Counted from the stretch's first letter, positions 26,834 through 39,395 are shown. The stretch: 64,000 bases of DNA from Octopus vulgaris (GCA_951406725.2 OX597821.1:59892001-59956000), one strand, 5' to 3'. The notes: generated from the sequence alone by a model not told the origin. Translations and numbers: made by a program.

Positions 26834-26865
<32 letters not shown>

Positions 26866-27144
26866 GACAAAAACTTACATACATGAATATATATATATAA
26901 TCATTATCATCATGTATTGTGTTTTTGATGTTGAACACCCATGTCAGCTTTGGTATGTATGTATGTGTGTGTGCACGAATATACACATATACACACATAC
27001 TTGTCAAACCCACACCAGCATGCAAGACATTATTAATGAGGACACACGTACATGTATCACTCACACATGTGTGTGTGAGAGAGAGAGAGTGTGTGTGTGT
27101 GTGTTAATTAAAGCAAAAGCTAGCTGGGTGGTTCATGATAATCA

Positions 27145-27950
27145 TGAAGAAGCCATACTCTCACCTATCACATCTACTCATAAGGCTTTCTTCGTTGGCC
27201 AGCAGCTACAGTAGAAGACACTTTATCCAAGGTGCCATGCAGTGGACATGAATTTGAAACAATGTGATTGGGAAGCGAACTTGTTAAAGCTCAGTCAAAC
27301 CTATGCCTGCGTATGTGTATGTATGTGTGCATATTTACATATATATATATGTTCACACACACACACATTAATACAAATATTTTACCATCGAATTTTCCAT
27401 GCTTGCATGGGTCAGACGGAATTCATTGAGGCAGGTTTTCTGTCTCCAGATGCTCTTCCTACCATCAACTCTAACCTTTTTTTAGGAAAGGTGTTATTTC
27501 CCATAGCTCGACATGGAAATAAAAAAATATTACTGAGACAAAACTGATATTAATTACATGATTTCAAGAGTAGGAGGCACATACACAAGCACACATATAT
27601 GATGAGCTTCTATCAGTTTCTTTTCACTAAATTCACTCACAAAGGCTTTAGTTGGCCCAGGGCTACAGTAGAAGTCATCCAAGGTGCCACACAATGAGAC
27701 TGAACCTGAAACCATGCAGTTGGGAAGCAAGCTTCCTAACAACACAGCTACACCTGCATACACATCACACAAATACATTGAATGATGGCTTTGTGCTTAA
27801 AAAATTTACCTTGCAACCCCATGATTTCATGGTCAGAACACTGTGAGGCAGTTTGGGCCAGTGTCTTCTGCTGTAGATATGGGCTGACCAATTCTTGGCA
27901 GCGGGATTCGAGATTCAAAAATTAAAAAGAAATCCATTGTGTGTGTGCAT
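27145..27950. mobile_element. Cluster of SINE-A/A2 fragments (27145-27310 -, 27385-27520 -, 27570-27755 -, 27785-27950 +)
   Basis: Repeated CCAAGGTGCCA, GGGAAGCAAGCTTC and TTTTCCATGCTTGCATGGGTCAGACGG motifs. Confidence 0.8.
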
Positions 27951-28172
27951 ATGTATATTATGTATGTGTGTGTGTATATACATATACTTTTTACGTATGT
28001 ATATACACAACATATGCATAACGATATGTACATCCACATACACACATATACAAATACATATATGCATGCATATACACGCACCTATACATACGCATAAGCC
28101 AAAATATATACGTATAAATACACATACAATCTCGCTCGTTCTCTTTATGCACACACACACATACTCATGAAT

Positions 28173-28206
<34 letters not shown>

Positions 28207-28222
28207 GATATATATAAAATCA

Positions 28223-28590
28223 TTCTGATGGTGGATGGGTGCTGAGGATGACTCTGAATGTTAATCAGTATAGACTGAGGATGAAGAACTCAGAGCTGTA
28301 TGAGAGGCTCCCAAAAGTTAGCGTGAAAATAATACAGAGGAGACTGAGGTTAGCTGGACATACTCACTGTCATTTAGAATTGATACTACGCAGAGTGCGC
28401 CCGTGGGAGCCCCTACACAGACACACTAGAAGAGGGAGACCGAGGATGACATATGTTGATGCCCTAAGGACAGACACTGGTCTCTGGGAGACACAGGACA
28501 TGGCAGCGATGATGAGGTACAAAGACCGCAGGAGAGAACTCGTCCATGTATCTCGGGAATTTTATCTGCTCTAGATAGATAGATAGATAG
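28223..28590 (+). mobile_element. 5'-truncated RTE/RTE-X-clade LINE: RT C-terminus with native stop and (AGAT)n tail
   Basis: ORF 28239-28574 LRMTLNV...NSELYERLPKVSVKIIQRRLRLAGH...WEPLHRHTRRGRPRMTYVDAL...; RRLRxAGH and RGRP are RTE hallmarks. A tandem-repeat tail follows the stop directly. Confidence 0.88.
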
Positions 28591-30617
28591 ATGGATGGAT
28601 AATCACACTCGCACACATAGAAACGTGTGTGTACCAAATGCAATATTTATCCAGAGTCTATATTCATTTGTAAAGGAAATAATGCCTCACAACTGCACAT
28701 CATATCTATAAGTTATAAAAAGTATTGTATGGAAACGACCGTACACTTTGTAAGGAGGGAAAAATTAATTTTTTTTCCTTCAATGAAAGAATTTCGTATC
28801 ATTTTCTCCCTCACAACACTTTAAAATGCATATGTTTAAATTACATTTTGCACATATATATATATTCGAGTGTGTACATTACGTTAAGTCTGAAAAAATA
28901 AAATAAAATGAAAAATACTAAACAGAAATTGACATCAAAGCCCGATTGGGTGGAAGATCGATCTGACCCCCACCCTAAAAAAATATTAAAACAAATAAAA
29001 AAAATTGTAAAATAACTTTTCCCTAAATTTTTATCGAAATAATTGTTATATTGTTTTACACCCTCGACAACAATATCTCTGAAAATTTTCATTAAAAATA
29101 TGCACTTTCAGAAAGTTATGAGGAAACAAAATTGAAAAGGGGGCATCTAACTGTATGCTTACATCTCTTTCTCTCTCTTATCTATCTGTCTATACACACA
29201 TACATACACTACTTTTAATTATGTAAAGTTAGTGTAAAATAACACAAAAGAGAAAAGCACAGCGAAGGGGAAATATTAAACAAGTTCGTTGCCTAGAAAT
29301 ATTTCCTCGACTTTCGTCACTAAACATAAAGAAGTTAAAAAAAAAAAAAAAAGGGCGTGTTTACACACACACACACACACACGTGTATATATACATATAC
29401 ATATTAAGTACTGTTTTTCTAGTTTCTTACATATCACCTATCATTCCATGTATATACGTGCGTGCGTGAACAAATACAGGTAGATAGATAGGCAGGTAGG
29501 TAGGTTTAAATTCAAATAAAAATATCAAGAATTATAATCCTCCTAACCTTATAAATATTTCGGGGATGGTGAAAATACAGATAACGGCTACCGGATTATT
29601 ATTGAAGGTGTTTAACAAAAGCCAATGAGATATAGTCTGTAACACTTATTATACACAGGCACACCCGCTTACAATATTTTGTAAAAGCTCTTAGTCATAT
29701 ATATATATATATTATACATTCGCATTTATATTTAATAAGGTTTAGGATCTGGTGAAGCAGAAATAATATATTAAAAAAGAATAAAAATATCTAAAAGTTT
29801 CCATTTCTTTAGCAGTCAACAGGAAGTAATGTGAGCACTTGTCTTATTGTACGAGGTTTAAAACTTATGTTTGTAATCAGCATTCGGGCATGTGCTTTTT
29901 TCAATCACACTAACACACACGTACCTGTTAGGTTAGCTGTTTATCTATGTTGTGATGGATACAATTTTTGATATATTTGTTATTTTTAAAGTTCGGGCGT
30001 TATATGCTACACACATATATATATAGTGTTCATTTATAGAAAAAAAACACGAATATTGTAAAGTAAAGCAGAAGTCAAGAATAATTATGGAAGAACTGTA
30101 TAGACGAATATTTTTACGAACCGGTAAATATATATGGGTATATATTCATATAACGATATTCGTAAATGTGTATGATACATATCAATAGTAGTACCTATAT
30201 ATATATATATATATATATATTGATTAATATTATACATCGTATCTCACTTAATGTGGGTTATGTATGTGTGTGTGTGTAACTGCAGACTTATTTTACGGCC
30301 CCGAAATTTTTGTCCAGAACTTTCATGAATTACGTTCGATTTAAATAAAGATGATAGGTAGAAAGATATACTTATCTCTCTCTATATATATATCTATATC
30401 TATATATATATATATATATATATTAATATGGGTTATTTAAATAGTATAACTGATTGAGTTAATATTTTCAAATATTTTTTTTTATTTGTGTGTGTGTGTG
30501 TATGTAAATATATATATACACACACACACACGCAGTTCATATATTTCTGTAACAGGATTCACATACACACAAAAATGCGTGGAAATGTATATTGCGGTAT
30601 ATTCATTTGTCTGTATA

Positions 30618-30676
<59 letters not shown>

Positions 30677-31197
30677 GTATATACTGCAGTATACACGTCC
30701 ACGTTTTTCGTATAAAAGAAACGCAATATATACAACAGATAAAAAAAGGGAATAATCGTTGAATATCAACGAAATTTGAGTTTAGAGTTGACGGTAAAAG
30801 TTAGCGACGTCTGTGGCAGTTAGCGTTAGCAACGATGGTGGTGGTCGGGGGTCATTAGAGACATACTAAGAAAGACACGTGTTTAATATTGGATCGAGAC
30901 GAAAAAAAATATATATATAGCTTATCGAATTTAAATCCTTCAAATAGACTCATCCGATTTAGCCTTCTTCTGTGAAACTAAAGTCGATATAGTTATATGT
31001 ACGATTCCTATACTGAGTGAAGTTTTCCGACAGTATTATAACCCAAAGTTAAATGCTGTATCGTTTCACAGAAATACGTTAATATTTCTTCGTTAATTCA
31101 AGGAAAAGGAAATAAATGAAACACTGATGAATATATATATATTTGTGATAGATTAAAAAAAAAATCGTTGATTAAAATAAAATAAAATAAAATTTAC

Positions 31198-31450
31198 CTC
31201 CTACAGCAGCGTGCAGATAAATAAACATATTCAGACGGTAAAGATGCTGAAGCCATTTGTGAGTAAGAACTGGTCCACTTGGAAGGTGCCATCGATTTGA
31301 AGCTAAGTATAAATGTGGCTGTTGGTGGTGGTAGGAGATAGATAGAGGCGTAGAGAGAGGCAGAGGGAGAGAGCGAGAGAGAGGGGGAAAGCATTGAAGG
31401 TGGGGGAAGAAGAGCTAGGCGCACTATACAAAAGCCAGCTAGGAAGAAGG
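31198..31450 (-). other. Candidate first exon ending at donor GAG|GTAAAT; may encode MAPSKWTSSYSQMASASLPSEYVYLSARCCR (ATG 31292, phase 2)
   Basis: AG|GTAA donor at 31198/31197 with an abrupt switch to a T-rich minus-strand tract. GC-richer unique sequence inside the island. No homologue recognised; 5' boundary uncertain. Confidence 0.4.
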
Positions 31451-31753
31451 CAGCTGGCCTAAACTATCAATATATTTATCAAGCGGTGGGACAACATCGT
31501 TAGAGACCCTCCCTTTCCTATAACGTTACTATTGGGCTGGAGGTCAGTATGATGGTCTTGCTTCTTCATGTCGACGCGTCTTTAAAAGCAGAAAAAAAAA
31601 GCCTAAGTCTATCTAGGCAGTAGCCTTTATTAAGTTCACTCTCTCTCAGATAAGTTTTTTCATCGAAAGGAGAAATAAATGCCGCATTTATATTCTCTCC
31701 TCGGTCGCCTTAGGAAGGAAGGGAATAAATCACAGTTTGGCCAGTGATGTGTA

Positions 31754-31811
<58 letters not shown>

Positions 31812-31819
31812 CATACATA

Positions 31820-32010
31820 CACTACATTTCGGTTACTTCGAAGGTCTTGATATGAAAGTCATCCGATTTTTAGTGTTTCTATCACCAATTATTTTATTGT
31901 GTCTGGGGAAAGTCATTCTCTTTTAGTGCCTTATTAACACACTCACCGGTTCGATTTCCACTCATTTACTTATTAATTTTTTTCTAAAAATTTCGTTGCA
32001 TCTTGCAAAC
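31820..32010 (+). repeat. Interspersed repeat fragment shared with 34550-34757 (possibly a Penelope-like end)
   Basis: TTGTGTCTGGGGA.AG.CATT.TCTTTT.GTGCCTTAT..TAACACACTCA.CGGT occurs at both loci; this copy abuts a (TA)n tract. Confidence 0.6.
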
Positions 32011-32529
32011 GAAATATTACCAATTATTTCAGGTGAAAAATTTACAAAAAAAAAAAAGGGCTCACGAAAATATTTCAAATAAAAATTGACACTTATAATA
32101 AAAATGAAAAGAAAAACGAGAAGAGGAGAGTTTCTCTCAGGGTAACTACCGCAGTATAGTTTATTCTAACAGAACATCCACGTTTAACAGGGCATAAATA
32201 TTACCTCTCGAAATTGATGTCGCTAGAAGAGAAGAGTAGAATCTCAAATGTTCACATACAACGGAGTTCTTGACAATCTGAAAACATTAGCAGTCAATCC
32301 TAAAAATTAACGGACGAAATACCATGAATGTAATTAAAGGACGAAAAGAAATCTACTCTCTTCCACCGGCAGTTGTAAGGATTAAAGGACGTATTTTATT
32401 TTGGGTGTGTTTTATTCTGAACTGGGTTTTTACGTCTGCAGCAACTTATTTACTTTAAATGGGTAGACATCAGAATTATGCACCAGCAGAATAAATTAGA
32501 TTAGAAATAAAAACAAATGAGATGTAACA

Positions 32530-32655
32530 GTGACACAGGGTAGGACTGACGGCAGGAAAAGCATCCGCCCGCCCGTAGAAAATTTGCATAAATATACTCT
32601 GTCCGACCTTTGCAAGCCTGTAAAAGTCGATGTTAAAACGATGATGATGACGATG
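32530..32655 (+). mobile_element. SINE-A2 tail
   Basis: GGCAGGAAAAGCATCCGCCCG...GTTAAAACGATGATGATGA. Confidence 0.7.
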
Positions 32656-33385
32656 CCTGTCCTTGGAATGTCACATCAAATAAAAGAGGTTCGGTTTTCA
32701 AAGTGAAACCTTCCATGTGTAAGAAGAAAAATAAATGAGGAAACCAAGGTATGTCACCTCGGTGCATACATTTGTACTTGGAATCCATTCCTTGTAGTAA
32801 TAATAGAAGAAAAAAAAAGGAGTGTCCAGATATTACTGGAAGTTTGACATACTAAGAAAAGGACGTGGGACAAAACTAATGAAGTGGAGAGAGAATGTAG
32901 TTTGACATTAAACCATAAAGCATGTCTTTATTTCGAGACTAAGAGTAAAAATGTTTACAATCTGACCTTACACGTTAATTGTTTGAGTACACCCGAAATT
33001 TGCTTGCTGGTGTCCTGTATTTCTTGCGATGAGATTTCACAGATATGTGTTTGAATTTTATTATCTTAGTTCTCTTATTAACATTGATAGGTGAACAATT
33101 AGTATCAAGCTTAAGAATGAGGGTAAGAAGTCTGAAAAATATCAGATGTCATATATTTGATTACACTTAAGGGATGTTGTTTAATCAACTGTAATAAGAT
33201 AGTTTCGAATTCTGGCACAAGGCCAGCAAGTTTAGAGGCGGGATTAAGTTAATTACATCAACCCCCAACTGATACTAATTTTACTGTGAAAGGATGGAAG
33301 GCAAAGTTGACCTCGGCAGCATTTGAACACAGAACATAAAACTGGAAGAATTGGATGGATATGTGTTTTCATCTTGTTTGTTGTT

Positions 33386-33430
33386 ACCGCAATGTTTCGG
33401 CTGATTTACTCTCCAGCCTTCATCAGGTGT
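33386..33430 (-). ncRNA. Minimal type I hammerhead ribozyme-like motif (inverted copy)
   Basis: Minus strand ACAC-CUGAUGA-A-GGCUGG-AGAGUAAA-UCAGCC-GAAAC-AUUGCGGU; stem II retains pairing with one G-U. Confidence 0.5.
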
Positions 33431-33565
33431 CCTGGTAGAATTTTGGACCCAACCCTGGGTTCTCATTCCTAAGGTATTTTTTTGCTGGTGTATAAATAAT
33501 AATTACACCAGCAAAAAAATATGTTAGGAATGAGAACTGAAGGTTGGGTTCAAAATTCTACCAGG

Positions 33566-33610
33566 ACACCTGATGAAGGCTGGAGAGTAAACCAGCCGAA
33601 ACATTGTGGT
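33566..33610 (+). ncRNA. Minimal type I hammerhead ribozyme-like motif
   Basis: CUGAUGA (33570-33576), extra A, stem II GGCUGG/CCAGCC with 8-nt loop, GAAAC (33598-33602). Stems I and III are weak. Confidence 0.55.
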
Positions 33611-34184
33611 AATAACAAACAAGATGAGGACAAATATCCGTCCAATGTAAATAATGTACAGAATTCCTCATCTCTAAAATATAGAACAAGCTGGAAGAAA
33701 TTCTACCAAGCATTTTGTTCTGCATGCTAATGACTGCCAGTTTACCACCTTATGGACTATACTAAAATAAAAAAAACAAGTATTCTTAGCACAGTAGGTG
33801 AAAAATTCTTCAGATTTTGCAATTAAAATGAGAGAAAGTAGAGGATGATGTGGTTCCCAGTAGAATTTGACAAAGCTGATGTCCCCACCTTCCAAAAAGT
33901 ATTGCTGAATGATCTACAGCCTAAGGGCTAAGACCAAAGTTCTGGTAAAAGAGAGTGCAAAATTCCAGTTTGATATGCAGGAAGTAGATACAAATTAAAA
34001 ATTGTATAATCAATGAAAATAATGGGTGGGCAAAAAGATGCAGTCAGATTCTGGATAATCGACAGAGGACCACATTTAATACACTTTGGGTGTATGTAGA
34101 GGCAACCACAATAGGAAATTTATAAATTTAAAATGCTCAGGCAGCTTGCTATCTGTGGTAACCTTGTGAATGCAAGAAATGATT

Positions 34185-34408
34185 TTAACTCATTTGTTAC
34201 AAACCTGGCTGAAACCGGATCTGGCTCTGAGTACAAATGTCTTGTTTTCATAAGGTTTGAATTAAAATCTTCCACTAAACCTTAGTCACAATTTATGTTC
34301 CTAACACTAGCTGAACGAAAACTAAGTTATTTTACTAAATTCTTTGTTATATTTAAAGTAACTGAAAGAAACACAGAGCATCTCAAAATACAGTAATGAA
34401 AGGGTTAA
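34185..34408. mobile_element. TTAA-flanked MITE (piggyBac-like)
   Basis: TTAA-CTCATTTGTTAC ... GTAATGAAAGGG-TTAA; imperfect TIRs. Confidence 0.6.
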
Positions 34409-34649
34409 TGAAAGTATCACAGATGGAATGAAAAAGGGCAATATATGTTGTGGGAGTTGTCCCTTTTGTTGAAAGTAAAAGGTTTTTCACTCCTTGCAAA
34501 TGAAATAATGAATAGAGAGTGAGAGAGAAAGAGAGAATCATGATCTGTTGGATATGTAGCGTTAATTTTTCATTGTTGGATTTAGTTTGCAAGATTCTTT
34601 ATGTGAGTTTGTGTGTTGAAGCATATTCTGTTGTGTCTGGGGAGAGACA

Positions 34650-34757
34650 TTTTCTTTTTGTGCCTTATAATTTAACACACTCATCGGTAAAATTAAATAA
34701 AGAATAAGTGGAAATTTTACCGGTGAGTGTGTTAAATTATAAGGCACGAAAAGAAAA
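34650..34757. repeat. 45-bp inverted repeat (2 mismatches, 18-nt spacer)
   Basis: 34650-34694 versus 34713-34757. Confidence 0.9.
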
Positions 34758-34979
34758 CAACAGAATGTAGTGTTAACTTGCATGAAAAATGAAAGTGGCT
34801 GAGATTTAGAAGTATTGAATAGTAGATGGTGGGCAAAAGACCACATTATAAGAATGGATAATGAATATTAAGTGAGAATATGCTGCATCTGACAATATGA
34901 AGTACAAAGAGTAGAAGAGAAGGAGAGCATAAAAATGATTATGAAGAAAATATCAGAATGTGTCAGCATAGAAAATCAT

Positions 34980-35345
34980 CTGTGGTTAAGAAGCTCACTT
35001 AGCAATCACATGGTTTTGGGTTCAGTTCCACTGTATGGCACCTTGAGCAAGTGCCTTTTATTTTAGCCCTATGTCAACCAATACCTTGTGATTGAATTTG
35101 GTCAACAGAAACTGTGCAGAAACTCATCATTTATACATATTTGTATGTCTATGTTTGTCTCTCACCACCACCACTTGACAACCAGTGTTGGTTTGTTTAC
35201 ATCCCCACAACTTAGTAGTTCAGGAAAAGACACTGATAGAATATGCACAGACTTAAATTAAACACTGGATCGACTAAACTCTTCAAAGTGTTACCCCAGC
35301 ATGGCCACAATTCAATGACTGAAACAAGTGAAAGATAAAAGATGA
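34980..35345 (+). mobile_element. SINE-A, full length
   Basis: Head, CORE-like segment and tail all present. Confidence 0.9.
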
Positions 35346-35917
35346 AAACTTTAACTGTGCCAAGAGCTTGTTTTTTTTTTTATTAGTAGGACTTCACTGT
35401 ATGATATTGTCAATTGTTACAGGAAAGAAACACTGAAAACAGCTACTTTCCAAAATAATAGTTTGATATTTAAGCGCTATTATGTCAGATGATTAGGATG
35501 AGGACAAAAATAAGAAGAGAAAATTGGGGAAAATAATTGATTATTTAAAAGAAAAATGCCCTCAAGCTAAGATAATACTATCTTGAGGGGAAATAATGAA
35601 ATACAAGTGAGTCTGTCATAAAAATTCTATGAACAAAATTTAAGTAATAACTGTAAAAGAAGAATATTAGTGAAAAGCTCTAATCAGACCAAAGGCATTG
35701 AGAACTTAAAACCTCTGTGATGTTAGATGCTCAACTTGTTATTTTTAATAATGGCTTCGTCAGTTAATAAGACTTAGTGTAAGAGGAAGTTAATTTACTT
35801 TTTTTCTTTCTCTTAAACTAAATGTATTAAAAGATATTTTCATAATTTAATAATATATAGTCTGGCAGGAAATGGTTCTATTTCGCTTTTTATTCTTCTA
35901 CATTCATAGGCAGAACT

Positions 35918-36094
35918 CTGGCTGTGTAGTTAAGAAGATTGCTTTGCAACCATATGTTCTCAGGTTCAGTCCCACTGAGTGGCCCTTAAGCAGGTGTCTT
36001 CAATCATAGCCTCAGGCTTACAAATGCTGGGTGAGTGAATTTGGTAGACAGAAACTATGTGGAAGCCTGTTGTGTGTGTGTGTCTATCTATACA

Positions 36095-36146
<52 letters not shown>

Positions 36147-36372
36147 GATAGTTAGTTTATGCATGTGTGTCTTTGTGTTTGTTTCTTCACTGCTTGACAA
36201 TTGGTGTGGGTTTGTTTATGTCCCCACAAGATAGCAATTTAGCAAAAGAGATCGAAAGGATAAATACCAGACTTAAAAATAAGTACTGGTGATGACTTAT
36301 TTGTCTAAACCTATCAAGGCAGTGCCCCAGCATGGCCACAGTCCAATGCCTGAAACAAGTAACAGATAAAAG
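35918..36372 (+). mobile_element. SINE-A, full length with expanded central microsatellite
   Basis: TGGCTGTGTAGTTAAGAAG...GGTTCAGTCCC...CCCCAGCATGGCCACAGTCC. Confidence 0.9.
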
Positions 36373-36439
36373 ATTCTGGTTTCAAATTCTGTTGTGATTA
36401 ACTTTGCTAGTCTTTATAAGTCATAGAATAATGAACAGT

Positions 36440-36650
36440 AGAGTGACAGAATTGTTAAAATGTAGGAAAAAAAAAATTCTCTTGCATTATTTCTTCCAAC
36501 ACTCTAGGTCCTGTGTTCAAGCCTTGCCAAGGTCAACCATGCTTTTCATCCTTTTTGGGCATCAATAAAATCAGATAGTAATTAATTGAATCAATGATAC
36601 AGACTAATCCCCTCCTATGAAAATTGCTGGCCTTGTGATTAAATTAGAAG
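36440..36650 (+). mobile_element. Decayed SINE-B
   Basis: CAAGGTCAACCATGCTTTTCATCCTTTT...AAAATTGCTGGCCTTGTG. Confidence 0.65.
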
Positions 36651-36855
36651 TCACTTATTTTAAGATTTATAAAATTAGCACAAGGTTGACTTTGCTATTT
36701 CCTATTTCCACATTTGATGAAGTAAAATATCAGACGAAGCACCGGAATCAATATAGTCCCAGACCATAAAGTGAAATCAGTAAAAGAAAATATAATGAAG
36801 TTCAATGAGGAAGTCAATAATTCAGTAATATCAAACAAGAGAGATTCATGATAGT

Positions 36856-37038
36856 TACCATATTTTAACGTGTATAAGGTACCCTTGGGTATAAGGAACA
36901 CCCTAATTTTGGGGGCTTAAAATTTGGAAAAAAGGTTTTGTAAGAGATGATAATGCTGTCCATGTATAAGAAATTCCTCTATTTTTTTAGCCTAATTTTT
37001 AACAAAAAAGGGTTCCTTATATATATTAAAATACGGTA
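36856..37038. mobile_element. Tc1/mariner-superfamily (pogo/Tc2-like) MITE
   Basis: TACCATATTTTAACGTGTATAAGG ... CCTTATATATATTAAAATACGGTA TIRs with TA ends. Confidence 0.7.
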
Positions 37039-37108
37039 GTTAGAAGAGAAGAAAAGGAAACTTGCAATGGGAGAAATTTACAAAGACTAACAGTGAAGGG
37101 AATGGAGC

Positions 37109-37336
37109 TTCATCCTTTTAGCATCCACATTCCTCTGTCAAATGTAATGCTTATTTATTCATATTACTTTGAATTAATCATGTATTAACATTTAACTTTG
37201 CGATTTTGACGATGTGATTGTTTACTTTTAAAATGACATTGTAGAGTAAGTGTGCAAGGTCGGATCTGGTTGGACTGAACATAAAACGGGAAGAATATTT
37301 TAGCTGGATATGGTCAGTTTGAATGCTAAAGGGTTA
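37109..37336 (+). mobile_element. MITE family E (piggyBac-like ends)
   Basis: CCTTTTAGCAT ... ATGCTAAAGGGTTA; three copies in the window. Confidence 0.75.
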
Positions 37337-37359
37337 TGGCAGTGTCATAGTCTTGAGTG

Positions 37360-37600
37360 AAGGCAGGTGGCCTAGTGGTTAGGGTATTGGGCTCATGATT
37401 ACAAGATTATGGTTCCAATTCTAAAACCAAATGTGTTTTTGAGCAAAATACTTAATTTCATGTTGCTGCAATCCACTCAACTGCAAATGAGTAAATGTAC
37501 GATGGACTGGCATCCAGTTCAGGGAGAATGTTGTGATCTTGGTCACTTATGCTCCATGGAAATTGAGTAACCAGCTCTATGAGCCCTAGGACTTGAGATA
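37360..37600 (+). mobile_element. SINE-D (tRNA-derived, CORE-like)
   Basis: A-box GTGGCCTAGTGG; TTGAGCAAAATACTTAATTTCATGTTGCT; CGATGGACTGGCATCC. Paralogue at 56999-57220. Confidence 0.75.
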
Positions 37601-39120
37601 GTAATGTTCAAGGGAGGATGATGATGACAGCCTTGAGGAAAGAAGGAAATTCAAGGAGGAGGATAAGTAATAATTAAAATTTCTTTAGCTTTTGAAGAAC
37701 CTAAAGTGACACTTAGAAAGGTTATTTGTAGATTTCTATATCCACTGATGGTTGTGATCCTACAGGTTTAACATGTTTTGACTATGTAATTACAAGTTAG
37801 AATTGGATATTTAAAAAGAAAATGAGATAGAATAGAAACATAGTTAAGAAAATGCTATTTGATATATTCAGACCTATTTAGTAGTGTATGTATGGAAAGA
37901 GAGAGTGAGTGTGTTTCAATTTGGCTACAAGAACATTTTCTTAAATACTGCTCAAGATGAATTGTTAGCTGTAGGCACTGAGGCATTAATAATAAAGCTT
38001 AAAAAAAAAAACTGAAAAAAGTGGAAAAGACTTCCAAAGACTATTATATCAAAGACAAAAAAAAACAAACAAAAAAAATTCTAATCAACAGATAAAAAAA
38101 AGATAGGACTGTAATTTCTTTGTATTATTAAATTCATGTAATAGGAGTTATAATGTTTCAGTTAGTTCTCAGTAAAGCAAACCATGGCTTTGTAGGAATC
38201 AATTCAGTTATACTGAAGATATGAGTTCATATCGCTCTGCAGACATACATATTAATATTCCCTCTGTACAACACACTATTTGACTGCTTCAATTTGTCAT
38301 GAAAGCTTGAGTCATATCCAAGGGATGATTTCCTTTTGGTTGCTTAATTCTAGAAAAACTAGAGCTAAGACATGATGAAGTAAACTAACTATCTTTTATA
38401 ATAAGATATTATGTCCAGTCTATATGTGCCCAACACCAATTAAAAGAAAAAAATCTAGACCAGTGAAGCTGGCTGACATCTCTGAACTTGTTACCACAGG
38501 TACCAGTAATAATCAACGTTCTCTCATAATGTCTATTCTTTTGTCTCTAAAATTAAACAAAACTGTCTCCTATCACTCTCACACACACACATACAGTGAA
38601 AACCTTATTAAATAGACACTGCTTAAGTTATCAAAGTAATCTTTAAATTTGACATCTGGGTAGGAGACACAAGTTTTTCTTTTCTTTTCTTTTCTTTTGT
38701 ATATATTATGTTTTTTTAATAAGGAAAAATTATTTTATACTCTATAGACATATGATTAGTTTTTCAGTGAGTGTTGTGCAAACTATTTATTCAGATAAGT
38801 CTGTCACATGGAGTTTGCAAATGACTATTCATTCAAATGCATCCTTTTGTAACTATCCATTCATTGAAATGAAGTCGATCACATGGTGTTGAATATAAAG
38901 GCTTAGTCAAGTGGAAACCTTCAAAGTGAATGCTGCACAGTCATCAGCAATGATAAATCTGAATCCAAACTGCATGGTTTTTTTTTTATGGTAGCTGAAG
39001 GACGGTCTCTAGTATAGCTTTACAATCACCAAAAAAAGCTACAATATATATCATCTGCCATTGATTCAATATCCTATGGATATTTACACCAAACAAAAAA
39101 AAATCACAATGTTTAATACG

Positions 39121-39395
39121 TTAACTGCCACACGTACCACCAATGGTTCATCGCAAACTTTACACAACTGCCACATGCATCATCAGTGGCACATTTTCAT
39201 AATTTGAGAAAATATTTTATCCTGTGCCTTTGACATGGTTTCGAGGATATTTAAATAACGTGAATGTTAAATATTAAATTCCAATTACGAAATGCTTGTA
39301 AAAATGCAAAAAAATTACATTTCCTTGTAATTAAACAGTATCCTGTGTGACCACACGAAATACAGCAAGTTCCAGTAACAGGCCATGGCAGTTAA
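39121..39395. mobile_element. TTAA-flanked MITE
   Basis: TTAACTGCCA ... TGGCAGTTAA; the left end motif is repeated internally at ~39167. Confidence 0.55.

Larger units (their letters stand above)
29200..32500. promoter_or_regulatory. CpG-retaining, SINE-free island (candidate promoter region 2)
   Basis: CpG is frequent (GTCGACGCG ~31570, CTCGGTCGCC ~31700), SINE-A/B copies are absent, and a GA-rich tract spans 31335-31415. Confidence 0.5.
33351..33690. mobile_element. Penelope-like fold-back insertion with two inverted hammerhead-like motifs and a 9-bp TSD
   Basis: Arms 33350-33492 and 33504-33646 are inverted copies (same peptide appears on both strands in the ORF track). TSD CTGGAAGAA at 33342-33350 and 33691-33699. 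Confidence 0.75.
33205..33750 (-). mobile_element. SINE-B split by a fold-back insertion
   Basis: SINE-B body 33205-33350 resumes at 33691-33750. Confidence 0.8.

Noticed and set aside
33281-33730. Duplicated peptide MRT.GWVQNSTRTPDEGWRVNQPKH on opposite strands
   Set aside because: A by-product of the inverted repeat and hammerhead motif, not a gene pair.
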